From Planctomycetota bacterium (GTDB lineage Bacteria; Planctomycetota; GCA-002687715; CAIWVZ01), in NCBI GenBank assembly GCA_044222185.1, contig JBGANV010000001.1, positions 320,001-384,000 of the forward strand: a stretch of 64,000 nt of DNA, in the 5' to 3' direction. Below are positions 28,224 to 36,940 of the stretch, piece after piece. Numbering within the stretch: the first letter of the stretch is position 1; the number at the start of each line of letters is the position of its first letter. The notes beneath the pieces were generated by a model. It was not told the DNA's origin, searched no databases, and saw only the letters and a list, made by a program, of their open reading frames with translations. A program made the position numbers and the translations under genes.

Positions 28224-29926
28224 TGCGCCGCCTGGTCCTCGGTTCGATCTTGGTCGTCGTCTTCATGGTCATCGCGCCGGCTCACGTTCCCACGTTGGTC
28301 GTCCCCCCGTCTGGCGGCGGGACGATCACCTGGCCGCAGAACGCAACGATCAACTACAAGCTGCATTCGAGCGTTCCGGGCGGGTTCGTGGCTGCGGTCG
28401 ACGCCTCGTTCCACGCCATCGACGTGGAGACGCCACTCACGTTCGTCAACGGTGGTGCCACGGCGATCGCGACCGTCGGGACGGATGGCACCAACGTCAT
28501 CACGTTCGCGAACAACACGACGAACCTGCAGGCCGTCGGCGGTGCACTCGCCGTCACGCTCGTGAGCTTCTCGAGCGGGACCATCAGCGAGGCGGACATC
28601 GTGTTCAACCCGGCGACGACGTTCTCGACCAACCTGGCGGCGAGCACCTTCGACGTGCAATCGGTTGGGACGCACGAAGCGGGGCATTTCGTCGGCCTCG
28701 ACCACAGCCCGATGCTCGACGCGACGATGTACCCCACGACGTCGGCGGCCACGTCGATCCGCCGCACGCTCGCCGCCGATGACCGCTCGGGACTGCGCCT
28801 CCTCTATCCAGGGAACACGGCCGCGACGGTGGGCACGGTCACCGGCACGATCCAACGCGCGCCGGGCCAGCTCGTGGGCGGCGCGCACCTCGTCCTGCGG
28901 GACGTCGTCACGGGGCGCAGCATCGACGGCGGAGTCAGCCGGGGGACGGGCGCGTTCACCATCAGCGCCGTCCCTCCGAGCGACTATCACCTCTACGTGG
29001 AGCCGTTGGACACGCCGTTCCAGCCCGCCAACCTGGGCTCGTCGTATTGGGGAACGGTGACCTTCGACACGTCGTTCAGGACGGCGGTTCTCGGCGGGAC
29101 CGCGAATCCGACCGTCCTCGCCGTGCGCCCGGGGGTGACGACGAACGTGGGCACGTTCACCGTCGCGGGGCCGGCGCCCACGTTGAATCTCGTGGCGGTC
29201 GCCGCGCTCGCGACCGCGAACGGCGGCTTCTCCTTCTCGACCGGCCAGCCGGTCGGGTTGTCGGCTCCGTACTCGCAATGGCTCGTCGTCGTCGGAAACT
29301 CGGTCAACACGCTCGCCGATTCGGCGTTCAACTTTCAGAGCCCCTTCATCTCGTTCTCGGGCCCGAGCACGGGGAGTGGCACGCTCGGTGGCGGTCTTGC
29401 GTTCAAGATCTTCCCGGTCGCGGTCGCGTCCAACGCGCCGTCCGGTGGATACCTTCTGCGCGTCGTCGACCCGAACACGTCCGAGATGGCCATCGCGCCC
29501 GGGCTCGTCGAGGTGTTGCCGACGGCGACGCCGCAGGCCTGGGCAGCGACGTACGGACCGAATTGCCCGGGCGCCGCTGGCGCCACGCTGCTGACCATCC
29601 CGTCGCCACCGAGCCTGGGTAACGGGCAGTTCCGTTTCGCGCTGAGCAACACGTCCGCCGTCGAAACCGCCTTCTTCTTCTTCTCCACGAACGCCGACTA
29701 CGTCCTCGTGCTGCCCTCCTGCAACGCGAGCGTCGACTTGAGCCGGCTGATCATCCCGTTCCCTGGATTCTCGTTGCCGTGCGGAGCGGGCAGCACGACG
29801 CTGTTCATGCCCCTTCCGAACACGCCTGCGCTCGCGGGCCTGGATGTCTACGCGCAGTGCGCGGTGATCGTGAACGCCACGGCTGCCACGCGGGTGACGA
29901 ACGCCGCCCAGCTGCACTTCGAATAG
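28223..29926 (+). CDS. Secreted matrixin (M10-like) metzincin protease with a carboxypeptidase-regulatory-like domain and a conserved C-terminal domain
   Basis: HEAGHFVGLDHS zinc motif; Met-turn ATMYP; EADIVFN; ends PALAGLDVYAQC...VTNAAQLHFE. Confidence 0.9.
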   Translation: MRRLVLGSILVVVFMVIAPAHVPTLVVPPSGGGTITWPQNATINYKLHSSVPGGFVAAVDASFHAIDVETPLTFVNGGATAIATVGTDGTNVITFANNTTNLQAVGGALAVTLVSFSSGTISEADIVFNPATTFSTNLAASTFDVQSVGTHEAGHFVGLDHSPMLDATMYPTTSAATSIRRTLAADDRSGLRLLYPGNTAATVGTVTGTIQRAPGQLVGGAHLVLRDVVTGRSIDGGVSRGTGAFTISAVPPSDYHLYVEPLDTPFQPANLGSSYWGTVTFDTSFRTAVLGGTANPTVLAVRPGVTTNVGTFTVAGPAPTLNLVAVAALATANGGFSFSTGQPVGLSAPYSQWLVVVGNSVNTLADSAFNFQSPFISFSGPSTGSGTLGGGLAFKIFPVAVASNAPSGGYLLRVVDPNTSEMAIAPGLVEVLPTATPQAWAATYGPNCPGAAGATLLTIPSPPSLGNGQFRFALSNTSAVETAFFFFSTNADYVLVLPSCNASVDLSRLIIPFPGFSLPCGAGSTTLFMPLPNTPALAGLDVYAQCAVIVNATAATRVTNAAQLHFE

Positions 29927-30187
29927 GATCTCGGACGCCGTCACTCCGCGCCGTCCAACGCCGATCCTGAGCATCCCGGGTCGGCAGCGGCGCCGTCCAC
30001 GCACGACGCCGCGGACGGTGCGGCGCCCTTTTCGACGCGCGTGATCCCGAAACGAGTCACTCCTCGGAGTCATGGGTGTGCACGAGCGGCCACCCCCAGC
30101 CGGCCCTCGTGCACGGTGACGGGCCGTGCGACGGGGACGAGGTGCGCTTCGTCCATCGTCGCTGCGGCCTCAGCCGGAGATCACGCC

Positions 30188-30949
30188 ATCGAGCACGACC
30201 GTGATGATCGTCGAGCCTGGATGAAACGCGCCGGTGCCGGACTGTTCGGGCTCGGTGCCGCATCGTTGATGGCGGGCGTCGGCCGGGCCGCAACGCGCGG
30301 GTCGTCGCCCGGGATCGTGCTCCCGTCGCCGTCGCCGGCCCCGAGCGTGGTCGGCGTCCTCGCGGCCCGCCGGCAGGTCGCGCCCACGCCGTCGAACGCT
30401 CTCGGCCCCAATTACGTCGCCAACATGCCGGTGCGGTCCGACATCGTCGAGACGCAACAGGGGTTGCCGCTTCGGCTCTTCTGTCGCGTGATCAACGCCG
30501 TTACGGAGGCGCCGATCAGCGGTGCGACCGTCGACGCATGGCAGGCGAACGCCTGCGGCATCGACTCGGGATTCGCTGCGCAGGGCACGGCAGGGCAGAC
30601 GTTCCTTCGTGGAGTCCAACCGACGGCGGCCGACGGACGGTGCTGGTTCGACACGGTCTTCCCGGGCTGGTACCAGGGAACGACCGCTCACATCCACGCG
30701 TGAGTGAGGCCATCGGCGACGTCGACCCAGATCCTCACGACGCAGTTCTTCTTCGGAGAACTCTGGAGCTACCCCGGGCTGGGGGTGAACGCCGCGGTCT
30801 ACCTGTACATCTCGCCCCATGCGGCTTGCGGCGCGCCGCAGGCGACAAACCAATCGGACGGCCTGTTCAACCAGAACCTCGTCATGGTGACGGCCCTTCC
30901 GCCGAGCGGTGCGTTCGGCCTGTGGGCCGGGTTCATCGTCGCGTTGTGA
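30188..30949 (+). pseudogene. Tat-signal intradiol ring-cleavage dioxygenase-like pseudogene
   Basis: GPNY, DAWQANACG, FLRGVQ.T...G...F.TVFPGWY...HIH motifs; in-frame TGA at 30701-30703 with homology continuing (TTQFFF); ATC sits where an ATG is expected after GGAG. Confidence 0.75.
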
Positions 30950-31003
30950 AATGGGGGCGCGCGCCACGCAGAGCGTCCACGAGGCGCGCGCGTTGGATCC
31001 GAG

Positions 31004-33700
31004 TCACGGCCCGACGTGGAGGACGATTCCGTTCGTGACCGAGACTCCCGCCGGGGCCGTGGGGTCGGCGATCGCGCCCTGGAACGTCGCCACGAGCGGC
31101 GACGTGATCGCGGGAACGAGCCAGCTCCACGGTGCCGGCGGCACCTGAAGCAGTGCCTCGTTGCCTACACTCGACGCGAGCCAGAGCGTGGGGCTCCCGG
31201 GACCCGGAGGCGGCATGCAGAACTGGCCGATGGGCGATGGCGTCAGCATCGATGGCGTTGGCTCGCCGAGCATCACGAACACCGCCATGTCGGCGTTTCC
31301 CACCGGCGGGAGCATCCGGATCGTGAATGGAACGCCGAGGGGCTCGAAGGCAGAGCGTGTGGAGATCCAGCCGAGCTGCGAACTCATCGAAAGCACCGGA
31401 ATCGGGACGCCGACGGATTCACCGACCCGACTGTCGAGGCACGACCGCGAGATGAAGACGCCTGCCACCGGTGGCTCGCCGCCAACCGAACAAACGCCGC
31501 TCATCACGATGTCTCGGCCGCCGCCGTCGTCGTAGGTCGCGGTGACCACTCCGTCTCCGATCGGCGTGTTCGCGACCACATCCCACGCCGTGCCGTTCCA
31601 GCGCGTGATCCCCGACCCCGCGATGTCGAGGTGCAGTCGTGGCCCGCTTCCGGAGTCGTAGGCGAACAGCCGCCCAGGGCCTGGGGCGCCGCCAGCGAGT
31701 GGCTCCCAACCGGCAGTCCCGAGTCGCGCCACGTTGTTCAGGCCGCCCATCACGAACGATCCGCTGACGAACACGTGAGGCCCCGTCCCATCGTCGAGAA
31801 CTTCGATGGACTCCGCCGTTCCGTAGCAGAGGTAGGGGATGTTCTCGTAGTCGCAGTCCGCGAACCCGCCGAGCGTCGTCAACGCGGTGCCACTCCATTG
31901 CAACGCGATGCCTTGTCTCGAGTAGGGCGTCCACGCGATGTCGTACGTTGCGAAGAGCGCTGGCCCGACAGAATCCGTCCTTTGGATCAGCGACGTGAAC
32001 CGGGCCTGGCTTTGCCAGATGGGAACTGACGCGAGCGCGTCCCACGCAGTCCCATTCCAGCGGGCAAGCCCCGAGCCGCCGACGGTCACGAACGTGCCCA
32101 CGCCATGGAGCGCAGGTCCGGTCCCCGGATCGAACGCGACGATGCGATCGAGGTAGGCGTCACCGGGCGTGCCGGCGGGTGCCCAGGTTCCCCCGTCGAG
32201 GGACCACAGCTGCGATTCGACGACGGCGTAATAGCTCGTCGATCCGCCGATCGTCACGGCGGCGACGTCGGACGGAGGGGCCGCCAAACCAGCGCCGAGC
32301 GCTGTCCACGCGGAGCCGTTCCACCGCGCGACGAACCGGCAGGGTGTCGTTCCGATCCAGACGAAGTCACCAGTGACGAGAAGCTCCCGGCCCGTGGCTG
32401 CCGCGACTTCTCGAACGAGGAGTCTCGGGTTGAGCCCGATCGCTTCCCCCGGCCCGCCCTGCAACCCGCCGCTCATCAAGTTCCACGACCCGCCCTCCCA
32501 GCTCGCGATGCTCGAAGCAGCCATCGCTCCAACACGCGAGAAACGCCCACCGATACACAGTGACGACGTGCCGCCGGTCGAAATCGCCGCAAGCGCGTCG
32601 ACCTCCGGGAATTTGATCGAGTCGGTGCCGATGCTGCCGCCGATCGCCGTCCAGACGGTGCCGTTCCACCGCGCGATTGCCACCGCATCGGAAGTGCCGG
32701 CCAGCGCGATTTGGCCACCTGCGTAGAGCACCGGTCCCGACCCACCGTCGAAACCCGCCAATGCCGCGACGTAGGTCATCCCCTGGCCCGCACCGGTCGT
32801 GACCGAATTGGCGAAGCCGGTTCCCACGGCCGACCAACTCGCGCCATCCCATCGCGCGATCCCATTCACGGATAGGCTCCCGGCAGTTCGGAAGTAGCCA
32901 CCGGCGAAGAGCGCGCCGCCGGCACTGGCCAGAGCCTTCACGTGGTCAACGGTGCCCGTGAGGCCTGACCCGAGCGCGCCCCACTGACCGTTGCGCCACC
33001 GCGCGACGTTGGCGACCGCCAGCCCACCCGCCAGCTGGAAATTCCCGCCGACGAAGAGCCCGGGACCGCCGCCGTCGTCGTGGACGGCGAGCGACATGGC
33101 GGAGTAGCCCGCGAGTCCGGGCGCGAGGATCGGACCGACGCCGGTCCCGAGAGAGGCCCACGAACTGCCGTCCCACCGCGCGACGTACCCGACGGTCTGG
33201 CTGTCGATCTGGGCGAATTCACCTGCGACGTGGAGTCGCGGACCCGTGCCGTCGTCGAACACCGCCATGGCGTTGATCGCACCGCTGAACGCCCCTGGCA
33301 ACGCCGACCAGCTGGTGCCGTTCCAACGCATCAGGTGATGCGTGCCGGTCAACGGGCCCGTCCCGGCGAAGTCGCCGCCAGCGTAGAGCGCGGGGCCCGT
33401 CCCGTCGTCGAACGTGGCGAGCGCGCGCACCGTCCCGTCGATTGGGGCCGCGGTGCCGGACCATGCCGTTCCGTTCCACCGCGCGACGGCTCCGGTCGCG
33501 ATGCTCATGCCCGATGCATGCGTGACGGCTCCCGCCGCGAACAACGCGGGGCCGGAGCCATCGTCGAATACCGCGATCGCTCGCACCTGGGCCTGAAGCC
33601 CGAGCGGTGGTGAGATTCGCGACCAGGTGGGCGGAACCTGCGCGATCGCGACGCTCAGGGCGGATGAGGCTGCAAGGGCGGTCCAAAGGCTCATGCGCAT
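31004..33700 (-). CDS. Large secreted beta-propeller repeat protein (DDGxGPAL / WNGxxW repeats) with a conserved C-terminal domain
   Basis: AAGGAGG RBS; signal peptide ending AIAQ; more than ten repeats of the FDDGSGPALFAAG...ARWNGTAW type; ends TFQGAIADP...VTNGIVLHVGP. Confidence 0.88.
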   Translation of the reverse strand: MRMSLWTALAASSALSVAIAQVPPTWSRISPPLGLQAQVRAIAVFDDGSGPALFAAGAVTHASGMSIATGAVARWNGTAWSGTAAPIDGTVRALATFDDGTGPALYAGGDFAGTGPLTGTHHLMRWNGTSWSALPGAFSGAINAMAVFDDGTGPRLHVAGEFAQIDSQTVGYVARWDGSSWASLGTGVGPILAPGLAGYSAMSLAVHDDGGGPGLFVGGNFQLAGGLAVANVARWRNGQWGALGSGLTGTVDHVKALASAGGALFAGGYFRTAGSLSVNGIARWDGASWSAVGTGFANSVTTGAGQGMTYVAALAGFDGGSGPVLYAGGQIALAGTSDAVAIARWNGTVWTAIGGSIGTDSIKFPEVDALAAISTGGTSSLCIGGRFSRVGAMAASSIASWEGGSWNLMSGGLQGGPGEAIGLNPRLLVREVAAATGRELLVTGDFVWIGTTPCRFVARWNGSAWTALGAGLAAPPSDVAAVTIGGSTSYYAVVESQLWSLDGGTWAPAGTPGDAYLDRIVAFDPGTGPALHGVGTFVTVGGSGLARWNGTAWDALASVPIWQSQARFTSLIQRTDSVGPALFATYDIAWTPYSRQGIALQWSGTALTTLGGFADCDYENIPYLCYGTAESIEVLDDGTGPHVFVSGSFVMGGLNNVARLGTAGWEPLAGGAPGPGRLFAYDSGSGPRLHLDIAGSGITRWNGTAWDVVANTPIGDGVVTATYDDGGGRDIVMSGVCSVGGEPPVAGVFISRSCLDSRVGESVGVPIPVLSMSSQLGWISTRSAFEPLGVPFTIRMLPPVGNADMAVFVMLGEPTPSMLTPSPIGQFCMPPPGPGSPTLWLASSVGNEALLQVPPAPWSWLVPAITSPLVATFQGAIADPTAPAGVSVTNGIVLHVGP

Positions 33701-34128
33701 GACGTCCTCCTTCGTTTGCGAGCGGAGATGCGCTCGCGTGGCGGCAGCACGCGTCGAGCGCCGGGAGGGAGCGTCGGGATCCAACGCATCGGCCCCGCAG
33801 GTCGCGAAGCTCGGAATCGTGGACGCCGCCGATCACCCGTGACCTCGCGCGCGTCGTTCGCGAATGAGGTTACTTCGGGTCTGAGCTCGTCAGGATTCGC
33901 CCATGTGGGCAGACCGATCGGCCGCCGTGCGGCCGGGGTCGTCGGCGCGAGCGAGGTGACCGAGCGCAAGGGAGGCTTCTCCGTCGGTGGCGTCGCCGCA
34001 ACCATCCGCGGAAAGGCTCCCGTCACGGGGGGCGCGCTGCATAGAATCCCGCGGTCCGGACCCATCAGGTCTCGCCAGCGTGGCGGCCGCTCGCTCCGGA
34101 CGAGGTCGAACCCCAACTGGAGTGTTTC

Positions 34129-35214
34129 ATGCGGATCGCTCGCCTGTGCGTGTTGTTCATCGTCGTGGCGGGGCTGGCACCCTCCCAGACGGTTCCAGAG
34201 ATTCTCTACTACCGCTTCAACGAAGGCTCGGGGACGACGGCCGTGAACTCGGCATTTCCTGGCGCCGGCCTTCCTACGGGGACTCTCTACGGTTCAGCCG
34301 CGTTCGGCACCGGCCGATTCGGCACCGGCCTGTCCTGCACGGGACAGACGGGCAGCCTCCAGGGAATGACTACGGGCTACACGCTCGGAATGCAGGGACA
34401 GTCCTGGTCGCTCGAGTTCTGGCTCAACCCGAACGCGAGCACGACCTCGATCAAATACATGTTCGGCGTTCCCGTCGGGCTTGCTCTCCGCTGCTTCAAC
34501 GGCGCCGTGCCCGGCAACGGCAACATCACGTTCACGGGCAGCGGTCTCGGCACGGTCAACGCCGTCGGTGCTGCGCCGGCCGCGGGAGTCTGGGTGCACG
34601 TCGCGTTCGTGTTCGACAACTCGACGGCGCCGCCCACCGTCACTCCTTACGTGAACGGCGTGGGACAGTCGCCGGTCGCGCAAACGGGCGCCCTCACCCT
34701 GAACACTGGAACGCTGAACCTCGGAAGCCAGCTGACCGGTTCGGCTGGTCTCGATGGAACGATCGACGAGTTCCGGCTGTGGGGGCACGCACTCACGCCA
34801 GCCGAGATCGTCGCTCGCTACAACATCGAGGTCTATCCGTTCAACATCCTGTCGGCGCAGACGAGCGGAGCGGGGACGGGCGACCTGAATCTCGCCATGA
34901 CCTCGGTCTCTCCGGGCGCGACCGAGGGATACCTCCTCTTGACCACATCCACCGCGGGAGCCGTCGGGACGGGTCCGCTCATGGGCATCGTGCCCGACGC
35001 GTTGACCTGGAGCATCTTCTCGCAACCGCTCGTCGCGGGCAGCCCGCTCCACTATCCGGTCGGAGTCCCGGGCGTGTTCCCGGATCAACCCTTCACGGTC
35101 CCGGCCGGAACACTGGGATTCCTCGCAGGGCAGGTGTGGGACGTCGTCGGCATCGTGCTCGCGCCCGGCTTCGCGTACCTGGGCGCATCGAACGTCCAGC
35201 GCCTCGCCTGGTGA
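34129..35214 (+). CDS. Secreted LamG/concanavalin-like jelly-roll protein with a conserved C-terminal domain
   Basis: YYRFNEGSGT, WSLEFWLNP, WVHVAFVFD, YVNG, GTIDEFRLW..ALT; ends SNVQRLAW. Confidence 0.88.
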   Translation: MRIARLCVLFIVVAGLAPSQTVPEILYYRFNEGSGTTAVNSAFPGAGLPTGTLYGSAAFGTGRFGTGLSCTGQTGSLQGMTTGYTLGMQGQSWSLEFWLNPNASTTSIKYMFGVPVGLALRCFNGAVPGNGNITFTGSGLGTVNAVGAAPAAGVWVHVAFVFDNSTAPPTVTPYVNGVGQSPVAQTGALTLNTGTLNLGSQLTGSAGLDGTIDEFRLWGHALTPAEIVARYNIEVYPFNILSAQTSGAGTGDLNLAMTSVSPGATEGYLLLTTSTAGAVGTGPLMGIVPDALTWSIFSQPLVAGSPLHYPVGVPGVFPDQPFTVPAGTLGFLAGQVWDVVGIVLAPGFAYLGASNVQRLAW

Positions 35215-35236
35215 TTCGACGCGCGCGCGGCGGTGA

Positions 35237-35269
35237 CGGCCGATGGCGTCCGGCGGATGCCGTCGGTCG
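35237..35269 (+). terminator. Strong hairpin downstream of the LamG gene
   Basis: CGGCCGATGGCGTCC-GGC-GGATGCCGTCGGTCG, a 15-bp stem with G-U pairs; no clear U-tract. Confidence 0.4.
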
Positions 35270-35301
35270 GTCTGCCGTTCGTGCGGCTGACGGATGACGG
35301 G

Positions 35302-35340
35302 AAAAAAGGCGGCGGCCCCGCCGTACTGCCGGAGCCGCCG
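35302..35340 (-). terminator. Rho-independent terminator of the 35398-36102 gene
   Basis: Minus strand: CGGCGGCTCC...GGGGCCGCCG stem followed by CCTTTTTT. Confidence 0.7.
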
Positions 35341-35397
35341 CGAGTGAACCTCCGCATGATGCAGGCGGAGCTTCACCGTTGAGTCGAACGGGGGATC

Positions 35398-36102
35398 TCA
35401 GCCCTTGTCGGCCTCGATCTCCTTCTTGAGCGTCTCGAACTCGGCCTTGTAGTTGTCGGCGGTGATCGTCGACATCTCGGCCGCCTTCTTGCTCACCTCG
35501 GCCTTGACGTCCGTCTTCACGTCGCCGTCAGCCTTGACCTTCGGCATCTCCTTCGGCATGTCCTTGGTCACCGGCTCCTTCGCACCACCGACCTCGATCT
35601 TGCCCTTGCCATGCTCGGCGCCGTCCTTGCCGTGCTCGGCGTCCTTGCCCTTGCCGTGGACTTCGCCACCCTTCCCGTGGCCGAGTTCGGCGCCGTCCTT
35701 GCCGTGCTTCCCGGACTGCTTCGCGCCGCCCTTCTCGTCTGAGCCCTTCACGGTCTCATCGGTGCCTTTTTTCGACGCGGCGACGGCGGCCTCGTGGCGT
35801 TTCGTCTCGACCGTACGGAGCTCGCCGACCTGCGTGACGGTCGCGTCGTCCTTTTGAGCCTTCGCGACGGCGGTGATCTGGTCCATCTTGGCGAGACGCG
35901 CCTCGTGCTTGGCGTTCTCGGTCGGCTGCGCTGCGACGACCTTCGCCACTTCCTTGACGGCGTCCTGCTTCGCGGCGTCGACGGCCGGCTTGATCGGCGT
36001 CGCGGGCGTGGCGGGCTCCTGCGCCATCGAGAAGGCCGCGACGGCGGCGGGGACGCAGAGGATGCGGGCGAACTTCACGAGGCTCGACTTACGGTTGATC
36101 AT
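35398..36102 (-). CDS. Secreted low-complexity Lys/Ala/Glu-rich protein with HGK repeats
   Basis: Signal peptide ending FSMAQ; KHGKDGAELGHGKGGEVHGKGKDAEHGKDGAEHGKGK; strongly biased codons; own terminator. Confidence 0.75.
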   Translation of the reverse strand: MINRKSSLVKFARILCVPAAVAAFSMAQEPATPATPIKPAVDAAKQDAVKEVAKVVAAQPTENAKHEARLAKMDQITAVAKAQKDDATVTQVGELRTVETKRHEAAVAASKKGTDETVKGSDEKGGAKQSGKHGKDGAELGHGKGGEVHGKGKDAEHGKDGAEHGKGKIEVGGAKEPVTKDMPKEMPKVKADGDVKTDVKAEVSKKAAEMSTITADNYKAEFETLKKEIEADKG

Positions 36103-36451
36103 GACGTGCAGCTCCACTCCGGCTCATGGCCGGGACAGAAGTCTCCGAGCATTTGCGTGCCGGTCGCGGAGACCCGAACCGGTGCAACCACTGTCGCGTC
36201 GCTCGCCGGGATTCGGCGGCGCCGTCGTTCGTGGCGATGGACGCGGCACCCCAATGCAACCGACGGACCGTTCGAGCGAGCCCGCGTTCGCGCGGCCTGG
36301 ATTCCCTGGTTTTTGCGCCGTTTGCGTGGCACGGCATCGCGGCGGGCGACCTCTTGCGACCTCCCGTGCGAGCCGCCTTCTGTCGCAGGGGGAGGACACT
36401 TCCGCTGCCTCACAGCGACATTTCCCCGGGGCGCAATACCATCCCACACCC

Positions 36452-36940
36452 ATGGCACGAGACTCGGCACCGGTCACGCAGGCGGTTCGTGTGCTGCGCG
36501 CAGCAAAAGTCGTCTTCGGCGAGCACGTCTACCGTTACGAGGAGCGCGGTGGAACGGCGCACTCGGCCCGCGAACTCGACGTCGATGAACATGCCGTCCT
36601 GAAGACCTTGGTGATGGAGACCGAGGCGGCCGCGCCACTCGTCGTCATCATGCATGGCGACTTCGAGGTCTCGACGAAGAGCCTTGCGCGAGCGATCGGG
36701 TGCAAGTCCGTGGCGCCCTGCAAACCTGACGTCGCGAACCGCCACTCCGGGTATCTGGTGGGCGGCACGTCCCCATTCGGTCTGCGGAAGCCCATGCCCA
36801 TCTACCTCGAGCGCTCGGTCCTGGAGCTTCCCCGGATCTTCGTCAACGGCGGTCATCGAGGATTCCTCGTGAGCCTGCCGCCTTCCGAACTGGTGCGCGT
36901 GCTTTCCCCGGTGATGGTCGACGCCGCGGTCAAGCCGTGA
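36452..36940 (+). CDS. ybaK: Cys-tRNA(Pro) deacylase YbaK
   Basis: VLKTLV, SGYLVGGTSPFG and VNGGHRG motifs. Confidence 0.9.
   Translation: MARDSAPVTQAVRVLRAAKVVFGEHVYRYEERGGTAHSARELDVDEHAVLKTLVMETEAAAPLVVIMHGDFEVSTKSLARAIGCKSVAPCKPDVANRHSGYLVGGTSPFGLRKPMPIYLERSVLELPRIFVNGGHRGFLVSLPPSELVRVLSPVMVDAAVKP

Noticed and set aside
30701-30738. Selenoprotein call for the dioxygenase
   Set aside because: The UGA aligns to a basic, non-Cys position and other lesions indicate decay; kept only as a low-interest finding.
13338-36102. Integrative genomic island at tRNA-Arg
   Set aside because: The content looks accessory, but I found no integrase and no duplicated tRNA 3' end (attR), and most genes have host-like composition.
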